This document shows positions 41,579 to 52,197 of a DNA stretch of 64,000 nucleotides, piece by piece. The stretch's first letter is position 1, and each line of letters opens with the position of its first letter. The stretch is from Squalus acanthias (Eukaryota): positions 1 to 64,000 of the forward strand of contig JASTWF010000336.1 of the NCBI GenBank assembly GCA_030390025.1. The letters are read 5' to 3'. The notes under the pieces were generated by a model. That model was not told where the DNA came from. It searched no databases and saw only the letters and a list, made by a program, of their open reading frames with translations. Position numbers and translations under genes: made by a program.

Positions 41579-42994
41579 TTACAGGACTGGGTGAAGACGC
41601 TGGTGTCTCCGCAGGTTACAGGACTGGGTGAAGCTCTTGCCACAGTGCCGGCACCGGTACGGTCTCTCACCGGTGTGCACACGGTGGTGGGACAGGAGGT
41701 TGGAGGAGTTGATGAACCCCCTCCCGCAGGAGGTACAGGTGAACGGTCTCTCCCCGGTGTGTACGTGCCGGTGCCTCAGGAGGACGGAGGAGTTGCCGAA
41801 GGATTTCCCGCAGGCCGCGCAGGTGAAAGGTCGCTCGCCGGTGTGGATCCGCCTGTGCTCCGCCAGGTTGGACGGCTGCTTGAAGGCTTTCCCGCACTCC
41901 GCGCACTCGAAGGGCCTTTCGTCCGAGTGCGAGAGGTGATGCCGCGCCAGGAAGGACAGCTGGGAGAAACGGCGCCCGCAAACTGAGCACTGGTGGGACC
42001 TCGTCACCGGGCTGGCGTCGCGCGGACTGGGAGGTCTCCTGGCACCCTCAGATACCGGCGTTCCAGACTCCGGGGGTTTCCAGGGACCCTCGAATCCCGG
42101 CGATCCACACTCGGGGGGTCCTGCGGATACCAGCGTTCCACAGTCGGGGAGTCCCTCAGATCCCAGCGTTCCACACTTGGGGAGTCCCTCAGATCCCAGC
42201 GTTCCACACTCGGGGAGTCCCTCAGATCCCGGCGATCCACACTCGGGGAGTCCCTCAGATCCCAGCGTTCCACAGTCGGGGAGTCCCTCAGATCCCGGCG
42301 ATCCACACTCGGGGAGTCCCTCAGATCCCAGCGTTCCACAGTCGGGGAGTCCTTCAGATCCCAGCGTTCCACAGTCGGGGAGTCCTTCAGATCCCAGCGT
42401 TCCACAGTCGGGGAGTCCCTCATATCCCGGAGTTACACCCTCAGGGAGTCCCTCAGATCCCAGCGTTCCACACTCGGGGAGTCCCTCAGATCCCAGCGAT
42501 CCACAGTCGGGGAGTCCCTCAGATCCCAGCGTTCCACAGTCGGGGAGTCCCTCATATCCCGGAGTTACACCCTCAGGGAGTCCCTCAGATCCCAGCGTTC
42601 CACAGTCGGGGAGTCCCTCATATCCCGGAGTTACACCCTCAGGGAGTCCCTCAGATCCCGGCGATCCACAGTCGGGGAGTCCCTCAGATCCCAGCGTTCC
42701 ACAGTCGGGGAGTCCCTCAGATCCCAGCGTTCCACACTCGGGGAGTCTCTCATATCCCGGAGTTACACACTCAGGGAGTCCCTCAGATCCCAGTGTTCCA
42801 CACTCAGGGGGCTCCGCACTGACTCCTACATCCCGCGGAGTCTGGCAGTGTCCTGGCGAGCTGCAGTAAACAGACAATCTCTGACATCTCTCGGGCAACC
42901 AATTCTCACTCGATTCCAGCACTTCCATCAATACTCTCCCTCCTCCTTCCTCCTCCTCTCCCTCGTCCTCCTTTTCCTTTCTCCTCCTCTTCAT
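41579..42994 (-). CDS. C2H2 (Kruppel-type) zinc-finger protein, 471 aa, five C-terminal fingers preceded by an 11-aa repeat region
   Basis: Open ORF with five CxxC-x12-HxxxH fingers and TGERPF/Y linkers, plus an N-terminal basic (KRRRK) and acidic tract. A splice acceptor-like TTTTCAG on the minus strand ends at 43001, 6 nt before the ATG. Confidence 0.9.
   Translation of the reverse strand: MKRRRKEKEDEGEEEEGGGRVLMEVLESSENWLPERCQRLSVYCSSPGHCQTPRDVGVSAEPPECGTLGSEGLPECVTPGYERLPECGTLGSEGLPDCGTLGSEGLPDCGSPGSEGLPEGVTPGYEGLPDCGTLGSEGLPEGVTPGYEGLPDCGTLGSEGLPDCGSLGSEGLPECGTLGSEGLPEGVTPGYEGLPDCGTLGSEGLPDCGTLGSEGLPDCGTLGSEGLPECGSPGSEGLPDCGTLGSEGLPECGSPGSEGLPECGTLGSEGLPKCGTLGSEGLPDCGTLVSAGPPECGSPGFEGPWKPPESGTPVSEGARRPPSPRDASPVTRSHQCSVCGRRFSQLSFLARHHLSHSDERPFECAECGKAFKQPSNLAEHRRIHTGERPFTCAACGKSFGNSSVLLRHRHVHTGERPFTCTSCGRGFINSSNLLSHHRVHTGERPYRCRHCGKSFTQSCNLRRHQRLHPVL
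42085..42815. repeat. 33-bp coding minisatellite (~22 copies) encoding SEGLP(D/E)CGTLG
   Basis: Unit GAGTCCCTCAGATCCCAGCGTTCCACACTCGGG repeated in frame inside the zinc-finger ORF. Confidence 0.95.
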
Positions 42995-43092
42995 TCGGCT
43001 CTGAAAATGAATGTTAAAACGGAGAGTGACTTCACTGAACTTATATTACATTATATATATTATGTTGTATCACATTATGGTATTTTATATTG

Positions 43093-43455
43093 CATAAGAA
43101 CATCAGAATTAGGAGCAGGATTAGGCCATTCGGCCCCTCGAGCCAAGCTCCGCCATTCAATAAGATCTTGGCTGATCTTCGACCTCAACTCCACTTTCCC
43201 GCCCGATCCCCATATCCTTCGATTCCCTGAGAGTCCAAAAATCTATCGATCTCTGCCTTGAATAGACTCAACGACTGAGCCTCCACAGCCCTCTGGGGTA
43301 GAGAATTCCAAAGATTCACCACCCTCTGAGTGAAGAAATTCCTCCTCATCTCAGTCCTCAATGGCCGACCCCTTATCCTGAGACTGTGACCCCTGGTTCG
43401 AGACTCTCCAGCCAGGGGGAAACAGCCTCTCAGCATCTACCCTGTCAAACCCTCT
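43093..43455 (-). mobile_element. CR1-clade LINE 3' fragment
   Basis: Translates to ..SRTRGHSLRIRGRPLRTEMRRNFFTQRVVNLWNSLP.., followed by the CR1-type 3' hairpin GGGCCGAATGGCC and a TTCTTATG tail. Confidence 0.9.
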
Positions 43456-43511
43456 ATGATATCATTATATTATTACATTATATTACTATATTGCATTATA
43501 TTATTCCCATT

Positions 43512-44101
43512 CACGGAGACTTATGCTGAACCTGTATAAAGCGCTGGTTAGGCCACAACTGGAGTACTGCATCCAGTTCTGGTCACCACATTTTAGGAAG
43601 GATGTGAATGCTCTTGAGAGGGTGCAGAGGAGATTTACCAGAATGGTTCGGGGATGGGGGATCTTAGTTACAAGGACAGGTTGGAGAAGCTGGATTTGTT
43701 TTCATTAGAGCAAAGGAGGTTGAGGGGTGATTTGATAGAGGTGTACAAGATTATGACAGCTTTGGATAGGCTAGACGGGGAAAGGCTGTTCCCACTAGTT
43801 GATGGTACAAGGACTAGGGGACACAGATTTAGGGTTTTGGGCAAGAGATACAGGGGGGACGTGAGGAAAAACTTTTTTACGCAGCGAGTGTTGAGGACCT
43901 GGAACTCGCTGCCGACGGAAGTGGTGGAAGCGGAAACACTCAATGTTTTCAAGGGGAGACTGGACAGGCACTTGAGGGAAATAAACTTGCAGGGCTACGG
44001 GGATAGAGCGGGGGAACGGGACTGACTGGATTGCTCTACAGAGAGCTGGCACGGACTCGATGGGCCGAATTGCCTCCTTCTGTGCCGTTATGACTATGAC
44101 T
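43512..44101 (+). mobile_element. CR1-clade LINE 3' fragment (frameshifted ORF2 C-terminus)
   Basis: LYKALVRPQLEYCIQFWSP..RLRGDLIEVYKIM..NFFTQRV..WNSLP, ending in a TATGAC repeat tail. Confidence 0.92.
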
Positions 44102-44104
44102 TGA

Positions 44105-44280
44105 AAAACCCACCACGAAAGCGCTGAAAATTGGGTCGGCCATTCTGGGGAACAGCAGCCAATATTCACGCAGCTGGTATGGACCCACTATCCAGATGGA
44201 GGGAATCGTGGGATGCACGCAACATTACGAACCAGCACCTCATCACTGATCCAACAGCAGAGGTCCCTGGCTTCGAACTG
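44105..44280 (+). mobile_element. Non-LTR retrotransposon fragment, RTE-X-like C-terminal region
   Basis: Peptide RPFW..W..W..ITDPTAEVPGFEL resembles the RPFW..DPT..PGFDL motif of RTE-X-type ORFs. Recognised from memory only. Confidence 0.45.
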
Positions 44281-44665
44281 GGTATTCTGCGGCGAGTGTC
44301 TCACCTCCTGGCTCCCCAAAGCCTTTCCACAACCTACAAGGCACAAGTCAGGAGTGTGATGGAATACTCTCCACTTGCCTGGATGAGTGCAGCTACAACA
44401 ACACTCAAGAAGCTCGACACCATCCAGGACAAAGCAGCCCGCTTGATTGGCACCCCATCCACCACCTTAAACATTCACTCCCTCCACCACCGGCGTACCG
44501 TGGCTGCAGTGTGCACCATCTACAAGATGCACTGCAGCAACTCGCCAAGGCTTCTTCGGCAGTACCTCCCAAACCCGCGACCTCTGCCACCTAGAAGGAC
44601 AAGGGCAGCAGGCGCATGGGAACACCACCACCTCCAAGTTCCCCTCCAAGCCACACACCATCCTG
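44278..44665 (+). mobile_element. CR1/L2-group LINE fragment (post-RT region, a second family)
   Basis: LGILRRVSHLL..YKAQVRSVMEYSPLAW..LDTIQDKAARLI..SLHHRRTVAA is a typical LINE post-RT segment. Confidence 0.8.
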
Positions 44666-44864
44666 AAAATTAAACAAATTGGACACCGGGTCAAAGGAGA
44701 CAACATTATATTACTATATTCTATTACATTCTGGTATATTATAGTATATTATTATATTATAGTATTTTATATTATATTACATTATATGATTATATTATAT
44801 TATTTTATATTGTATTACATTCTGGTACATTATATGATTCTGGATGAGCAAATAAATGAGCAAA

Positions 44865-45716
44865 TAAATCTTGGGAAAACCGAAGCCATTGTTTTCGGTC
44901 CCCGCCACAAACTCCGTTCCCGAGCCATTGACTCCATCCCTCTCCCCAACATCTGTCTGAGGCTGAACCACACTGTTCGCAACCTTGGTGTCGTATTTGA
45001 CCCTTGAAATTAGCTTCCGACCACATATCCGCAGCATAACTAAGACCACTTATTTTCACCACCGTAACATCGCCTGTCTCCGCCCCTGCCTCAGCTCATC
45101 CGCTGTTGAAAACCTCATCCCATGTCTTTGTTACCTCTAGACTTGACTATTCCAACGCTCTCCTGGCTGGCCTCACACTTTCCACCCTACGTAAACTTGA
45201 GGTCATCCAAAACTCGGCTGCCCATGTCCTAACTCGCACCAAGTCCTGTTCACCATCACCCCTGTGCTCACTGACCTACATTGGCTCCCGGTTAAGCAAC
45301 GCCTCGATTTCAAAATTCTCATCCTTGCTTTCAAACTCCTCGATGGGCCTCGACCCTCCCTATCTCTGTAATTTCCTTCAGCCTCACAAGCCTCCGAGAT
45401 ATCTGCGCTCCTCTAATTCTGCCCTCTTGAGCATCCCTGATTATAATCACTCAACCTTTGGCGGCCGTGCCTTCTGTTGCCTGGGCCCTAAGCTCTGGAA
45501 TTCCCTGCCTAAACCTCTCCGCCTCGCTACCTCTCTTTCCTCCTTTAAGACGCTCCTTAAAATCTACCTCTTTGACCAAGCTTTTGGTCACCTGCCCTGA
45601 TTTCTCCTTATGTGGCTCGGTGTCAAATTTTTAGTCTTTTAATACTCCTGTGAAGCACCTTGGGACGTTTTACTACGTTAAAGGCACTATATAAATACAA
45701 GGTGCTGTTGTTGTTA
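44865..45716 (+). mobile_element. L2-clade LINE 3' fragment
   Basis: N..KTEAIVFG..VRNLGVVFD..FVTSRLDYSNALLAGL..GGRAF..GPKLWNSLP..FKTLLK..LF, with a 3' end AAAGGCACTATATAAATACAAG followed by (TGT)n. Confidence 0.9.
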
Positions 45717-46110
45717 TGATTATATTTTATTATTTTATATTGTATTATATTATGGTACATTATTTGATTATATTATATTATATTATATTCTGGTACATTA
45801 TTTGATTATATTATATTATATTATATTATATTATAGTCTGGTACATTATTTGATTATATTATTTTATATTACATTCTAGTATAATTTATATTATATTATA
45901 ACATTATATTATTATATATTATATTTTATATAATATTACACAGATATTATATGCTAATATATTATATTATTTTATATTGTATTATTCTTGTATAATTTAT
46001 TATATTATAACATTATTATAATATATATTTCACATTATATTATTATATTTTATATTATTATATTTCACATTGTTATATTATATTTTATATTATTATATTT
46101 CACATTTTAT
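45717..46110. repeat. AT-rich low-complexity (TTATA/ATATT)n tract; similar tracts at 43040-43092, 43457-43505 and 44706-44840
   Basis: Degenerate pentamer repeat that has been split by LINE insertions. Confidence 0.9.
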
Positions 46111-46164
46111 CACACTGAGGTATTGCACGCTGATCTCTATATGATTATTTGATGATCCTCCATT

Positions 46165-46545
46165 ACACTGGTTGTTCAGGCCGCTCTTCTCCCCACTCTC
46201 CAGGCTCAGCCTGCGGCCTCGGGCCTCGGGTTTGGCGCTGCCGCTTCTCGGCTCGCTGCGGCCGGCGGAGACTGGGCGGCGGCTCCCGGCCCCGGGGACA
46301 CCACAGTGCGCAGGCGCGGCTCCCGGGTCCCCCCCGGGGACACCAGTGCGCAGGCGCGGCTCCCGGATCCCCGGGACACCAGTGCGCAGGCGCGGCACAC
46401 CCGCTCTCCGCATAGGGCGGTTTCCCAGCCTCGGCGCAGGCTGGATAAGGAGAGCCGCCATTAAACGCCCCCTCCCACCGAACGTGGGGACCGACAGGCC
46501 AGTGCGCGTGCGCAGCGGCTCCGCCGCAACCAGCGTTGAAGGGAG
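46165..46545 (-). promoter_or_regulatory. CpG island, probable promoter/first exon of the zinc-finger gene
   Basis: GC- and CpG-rich. NRF1-type TGCGCAGGCGC at 46307, 46347 and 46383, TGCGCGTGCGCA at 46503, and YY1-type GCCGCCATT at 46454-46462. Lies ~3.2 kb upstream of the coding exon acceptor. Confidence 0.7.
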
Positions 46546-46559
46546 CTGTCAAAAAACTT

Positions 46560-46764
46560 TTGGTGATTTGTGTATTATCCGAGACCCCTTTGTTCCTCTG
46601 CCCCACCTAGACTCCCACCCTCCAAGTGATAAGTGACCTCCCTATTCTTCCTACCAAAATGTAATACCTCACATTTATCTGTGTTGAACTTCATTGGCCA
46701 ATTATTTGCCCATTCTGCAAGTTTATTAATGTCCTCCTGTAATTTGTTGCAGTCCTCCTCAGTA
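46560..46764 (-). mobile_element. CR1 LINE RT fragment
   Basis: EEDCNKLQEDINKLAEWANNW.MKFNTDKCEVLHFGRKN. Confidence 0.88.
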
Positions 46765-47106
46765 TAGGCTAGACGGGGAATGGCTGCTCCCACTAGTTGA
46801 TGGTACAAGGACTAGGGGACACAGATTTAAGGTTTTGGGCAAGAGATACAGGGGGGACGTGAGGAAAAACCTTTTTACGCAGCGAGTGGTGAGGACCTGG
46901 AACTCGCTGCCGACGGAAGTGGTGGAAGCGGAGACACTCAATGCTTTCAAGGGGAAACTGGATAGGCACTTGAGGGAAATAAACTTGAAGGGCTATGGGG
47001 ATAGAGCGGGGGAATGGGACTGACTGGATTGCTCTACAGAGAGCTGGCACGGACTCGATGGGCTGAATGGCCTCCCTCTGTGCTGTATGACTTTATGACT
47101 CTATGA
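46765..47106 (+). mobile_element. CR1 LINE 3' fragment, same subfamily as 43512-44101
   Basis: Closely matches 43767-44101 and ends in a TATGAC tail. Confidence 0.9.
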
Positions 47107-47107
47107 A

Positions 47108-47292
47108 ATATCTTTACACAACAGGGAACATCTTTATACAACAGAGAACACATTTACACAACTAGGAACATCGTTACACAACAGAGAACACATTTACACA
47201 ACTCGGAACACCTCTACACAACAAGGAACACCTCTACACAACAGGGAACATCTTTACACAACAGGGAACACCTTTACACAACAGGGAACACG
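47108..47292. repeat. 20-bp minisatellite (TTTACACAACAGGGAACACC), start of an interrupted tRNA-iMet tandem unit
   Basis: Same minisatellite and following CT-rich block as at 51421-51960 and 52555-52830. Confidence 0.92.
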
Positions 47293-47481
47293 TTCATACA
47301 AGTCTCTCTCTTCCTCTCAGTCTCCCTTTCCCTGTCTGTCTATCTCTCCCTCTGTCTCTCTCGCAGTCTCTGTCTTTCCCTCAGTCTCTGTCTCTCCCTT
47401 GTGTTATTCAGTCTGTTTATCTGTCTCTCTCTCTGGATTCCTCAGTGTCTTTCTCTGTCCCTCCCATTGAGTGTCCTGAAA

Positions 47482-49172
47482 GAACATAAGAACATAAGAA
47501 ATAGGAGCAGGAGTCGGCCATTCGGCCCCTCGAGCCTGCTCCGCCATTCAATAAGATCATGGCTGATCTGATCTTGGCTTCAACTCTACTTCCCTGCCCG
47601 CTCCCCATAACCCTTGATTCCCCTATTTTTCAAAAATCTGTCAATCTCTGCCTTGAATATATTCAATGACTCCGCCTCCGCAGCTCTCTGGGGTAGAGAA
47701 TTCCAAAGATTCACGACCCTCTGAGAGAAGAAATTCCTCTTCATCTCCGTTTTAATTGGGCGATCCCTTATTCTGAAACTATGCCCCCGAGTTCTAGATT
47801 CCCCCACGAGGGGAAACATCCTCCCTGCATCTACCCTGTCAAGCCCCCTCAGAATCTTATATGTTTCAATAAGATCACCTCTCATTCTTCTAAACCCCAA
47901 TGAGTATTGGCCCAACCTGCTCAACCTTTCCTCATAAGACAACCCCTTCAACTCAGGAATCAACCTCGTGAACCTTCTCTGAACTGCCTCCAATGCAAAT
48001 ATATCCTTCCTTAAATAAGGAGACCAAAACTGTACGCAGTACTCCAGGTGTGGTCTCACTAATGCCCTGTACAGTTGTAGCAAGACTTCCCTACTTTTAT
48101 ATTCCATCCACCTTGCAATAAAGGCCAATATTCCATTTGCCTTCCTAATTATTTGCTGTACCTGCATGCTAACCTTTTGTGTTTCATGTACAAGGACCCC
48201 CAGATCCCGCTGTACTGCAGCATTCTGTAGTCTCTCACGATTTAAATAATATTTTGCTTTTTTATTCTTCCTACCAAAGTGGATAACCTCACATTTTCCC
48301 ATATTATACTCCATCTGCTGAATTTTTTCTCACTCACTTAGCCTGTCTATATCCCTTTGCAGACTCTTTGTGTACTCCTCACAACTTGCTTTCCCACCTA
48401 TCTTTGTATCGTCAGCAAATTTGGCAACAGTACACTCGGTCCCTTCATCCAAATCATTAATATAGATTGTAAATAGTTGAGGCCCCTGTGGCACCCCACT
48501 AGTTACAGTTTGCCAACCTGAAAATTACCCATTTATCCCGACTCTCTGTTTTCTGTCAGTTAGCCAATCCTCTAGCCAATCTAATATATTACCCCCAACA
48601 CCGTGAGCTCTTATCTTGTGCAGTAAACATTTATGCGGCACCTTATCGAATGCCTTCTGGAAATCCAAATACACGACATCTACTGGTTCCCCTTTATCCA
48701 CCCTACTCATTACATCCTCAAAGAACTCTAATAGATTTGTCAAACACGATTTCCCTTTCATAAAACCATGTTGACTCTGCTTGATTGTATTATGATTTTC
48801 TAAATGTCCTGCTACTACTTCCTTAATAATGGATTCCAGCATTTTCCCCAATGACATGTTAGGCTAACTGGCCTATAGCTTCCTGCTTTCTGTCTCCCTC
48901 CTTTCTTGAATAGGGGAGTTACATTTGCGGTTTTCCAGTCCGCTGGGATGTCTCCAGAATCCAGGGAATTTCGGAAGATTACAACCAATGCATCCACTAT
49001 CTCTGCAGCCACTTCTTTTAAGACCCTAGGATGGAGGCCATCAGGTCCAGGGGACTTGTCAGCCTTTAGTCCCATTAGTTTGCCTAGTACTTTTTCTCTA
49101 TTGATAGTGATTGATTTAAGTTCCTCCCTCCCTATAGCCCCTTGATTATCCATTATTATTGGGATTTCCAAC
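47482..49172 (-). mobile_element. 5'-truncated CR1 LINE (ORF2 RT region to 3' end), disrupted
   Basis: KSPGPDGLHPRVLKE..WKTANVTPLFKKG..YRPVSLT, QHGFMKGKSCLTNLLEFF..YLDFQKAFDKVPH, KFADDTK; (TTCTTATG)n tail at the left end. Confidence 0.95.
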
Positions 49173-49179
49173 ACTGGTG

Positions 49180-49800
49180 TTGAAGTCATCAAGGAGGATC
49201 AGCTTGTCGCCCGTTGGGACTCGGGACAGGGATTGTTCGAGGCGGGAGTAGAATTCCTCTTTGGTCTCGTCTGTGGCTTCCAGTGTTGGGGTGTACGCAC
49301 TGATGACCGTAGCGCACTGGTTCCGGGCTAGGGTGAGCCGTAGAGTCATGAGGCGTTCGTTTATTCCACAAGGGGAGTCTCTGAGACGTTCAACGAGCTC
49401 ATTCTTTACGGTGAAGCCTACCCCATGGAGGCGGCGTTCTTCTTCAGGTTTGCCTTTCCAGAAGAAGGTGTAACCACCGCCTTGCTCCTTGAGCTGGCCT
49501 TCCCCTGCCCGTCGGGTCTCGCTTAGGGCGATGTCTATGTCAAAACGTCTGAGCTCCCGGGCAATGATAGCAGTATGGCGTTCCAGTCTGTCGCTGTTGG
49601 GGTTGTCCATGAGGGTCCTGATGTTCCAGGTCCCGAACTTCATTTTAAAGGGTAGAAGATGCCTGTGCGTGAATTCTTTTAACGTGGGGTGGCCGTTGCA
49701 CACCAGCTACCACACGGGCTTGATAGAGCAAGGTCTTGGTCCAATGGTAAGGGATCCAAGACAATTGGAGACCAGGCTCTGCTATATCGGCCTAGCACAC
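49180..49800 (-). mobile_element. RTE-clade (BovB-like) LINE 5' part, APE endonuclease N-terminus
   Basis: GTWNIRTL..IARELRRFDIDIALSETR..GYTFFWKG..HGVGF..ERLMTLRL..ISAYTPT..FY..L..LILLDDFN. Confidence 0.9.
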
Positions 49801-50039
49801 ACACACAAACATACTCCTACTGTCCTCCTCCCTCCTTCCCACAGGTCCTCTCTGCCTGGGTTTCATAGGCTGCAGTGTGATCCTCCCGACCCCGCTGCTG
49901 GTCCATGCTGCGCCACTCCTGGGCCTCGACCTCACTGCTAGGCTCAACCTCGCTCCTGGGCCTCGTCCTCACCCCTGGGGCCTGTCCTCACTCCTGGGTC
50001 CCGACCTGGCTCCTGGGCCTCGACCTCGCTCCTGGAAGT

Positions 50040-50797
50040 CCAACACCACCTTCAGTGTGCCAGTGCAGCCTTCGGTCGCCTGAGGAAGTGAGTGTTTGAA
50101 GACCAGGACCTCAAACCCAGCACCAAGCTCATGGTCTACAGAGCAGTAGTGATACCCGCCCTCCTGTATGCTTCAGAGACATGGACCATGTACAGCAGGC
50201 ACCTCAAAGCACCGGAGAGGTACCACCAACGCTGCCTCCGCAAGATCCTGCAAATCCATTGGCAGGAGAGGTGCACCAACGTCAGTGTTCTCGCTCAGGC
50301 CAACATCCCCAGCATCGAAGCTTTGACCATGCTCGATCAGCTCCGATGGACGGGCCACATCGTCCGCATGCCCGATACGAGACTCCCAAAACAAACGCTC
50401 TACTCGGAGCTCCGACACGGCAAGAGAGCCCCAGGTGGGCAAAGTAAACGCTTCAAGGACACCCTCAAAGCCTCCTTGAAAAAGGGCAACAGCCCCACCG
50501 ACACCTGGGAATCCCTGGCCCAAGACCGCACAAAGTGGAGGAGAAGCATCCGGGAAGGCGCCGAACACCTCGAGTCTCTTTGCCGGGAGCAAGCGGAGGA
50601 CAAGCGCAAACTGCGGAAGGAGCGCAGGTCAACCCAAGCACCCCACCCAGCCGCCCCTTCAAACACCCTCTGCCCCATCTGTGACAGAGACTGTAGGTCC
50701 CGCATTGGACTCATCAGTCACATGAGAACTCAGTTTTAGTGTGGAAGCAAGTCATCCTCGGTTCCGAGGGACTGCCCAAGAAGGAGATGATGATTAT
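50040..50797 (+). mobile_element. RTE-clade LINE 3' part
   Basis: ASAAFGRL..TKLMVYRAVVIPALLYASETW..QLRWTGHIVRMPD.RLPKQ..RFKDTLKASLK..CxxC..SRIGL.SH, followed by a short GAT-repeat tail. Confidence 0.92.
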
Positions 50798-51053
50798 TGG
50801 GATGCTTTTAGTGTCTTCTACCATGAAGACCCTTGCTGGTTTTCTGTGTGTCATTCTGTGTCTGTCCCATTGTGGGCGGTGTAATACTGAGTGTCCTTGT
50901 GACAATGTAGCCAGGGTGAGCCTCCCAACACCTGTGTCCGGGACTCTAAGCTATTTGAGGGCAATGCTGTCGCTTTCAATATAGCCTGGAGGCTGAAATT
51001 TGTCTGGCTAACACACAGCACTGATAGGCAGCTGGAGGTACACAATACCCGGC

Positions 51054-51125
51054 AGCAGAGTGGCGCAGCGGGAGCGTGCTGGGCCCATAACCCAGAGGTC
51101 GATGGATCGAAACCATCCTCTGCTA
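51054..51125 (+). tRNA. tRNA-iMet: Initiator tRNA-Met (CAT), one D-loop variant (G at 51072)
   Basis: AGCAGAGTGGCGCAGCGGGAGCGTGCTGGGCCCATAACCCAGAGGTCGATGGATCGAAACCATCCTCTGCTA: A1:U72 pair, three G:C pairs in the anticodon stem, ATCGAAA T-loop. Confidence 0.95.
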
Positions 51126-51420
51126 TTTACATTCTTATTTACAACAACGAGAAGCTTCTGTTGCTGATCACATCACACTTATTTTTTTTACACTTTACTT
51201 ACACCTGCTTGCCTGCAATAAACACAAAAACCGGCAACACAACTTTCAAATCACTTTTATTCGCACCAACAGAAGCTGCAAATGCTGCAAACACGCGGCA
51301 GCCTCGACTTTCCCCTTTCTCTCAACACAGTCCTGCAGCGCCGCCTCTCCACCACCAGATGGTGCTCTTGGCCACAGTGAAACCCTGGCACAAGGTCACA
51401 GTGAGGAGACGGACAATGAC

Positions 51421-51775
51421 ACAGAACATCTTTACACAACAGGGAAAACCTTTACACAACAGGGAACACCTTTACACAACAGGGAACACAGTTACACAAC
51501 AGGGAACACCTTTACACAACAGGGAACACATTTACACAACAGGGAACACCTTTACACAACAGGGAACACCTTTACACAACAGGGAACACCTTTACACAAC
51601 AGGGAACACATTTACACAACAGGGAACACCTTTACACAACAGGGAACACCTTTACACAACAGGGAGCAATTTTTCGCAACAAGGAACACATTTACACAAC
51701 AAGGAAGATCTTTACACAACAGGTAACTACAGGGAACATCTTTGCACAACAGAGAACATCTTTTCACAACAGGAA
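51421..51775. repeat. 20-bp minisatellite (TTTACACAACAGGGAACACC)n, ~17 copies
   Basis: Visible tandem repeat. A shorter version lies at 52555-52640. Confidence 0.95.
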
Positions 51776-52197
51776 GCTCCAACATACCAGTCTCTCTCTT
51801 CCTCTCAGTCTCCCTTTCCTGTCTGTCTGTCTCTCCCTCTGTCTCTCTCGCAGTCTCTGTCTTTCCCTCAGTCTCTGTCTCTCCCTCGTGTTACTCAGTC
51901 TGTTTCTCTCTCTCTCTCTCTCTGGTTTCCTCAGTGTCTTTCTCTGTCCCTCCCTTTGTGTGTCCTGAAAGGCCCTTGCTGGTTTTGTGTGTGTCATTCT
52001 GTGTCTGTCCCATTGTAGGTGGTGTAATACTGAGTGTCCTTGTGACATTGTGGAGCCAGGGTGAGCCTCCCAACACGTGTGTTGCTGTGTCCGGGACTTT
52101 GAGCTATTTGAGGGAAATGCTATCGCTTTCAATACAGCCTGAATTTGTCTCGCTAACACACAGCACTGACAGGCAGCTGGCGACAGAAATTACTCGC

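Noticed and set aside
41993..43261. Long plus-strand ORFs (422 aa, 230 aa) antisense to the zinc-finger gene
   Set aside because: Shadow frames of the 33-bp minisatellite. One runs on into AT-rich and CR1 sequence.
44131..44673. 180-aa ORF as a host gene
   Set aside because: In-frame junction of two LINE fragments, with a non-ATG start.
46093..46636. Overlapping ORFs in the CpG island
   Set aside because: Expected in GC-rich sequence, with no recognisable domain. No convincing splice donor could be fixed by eye.
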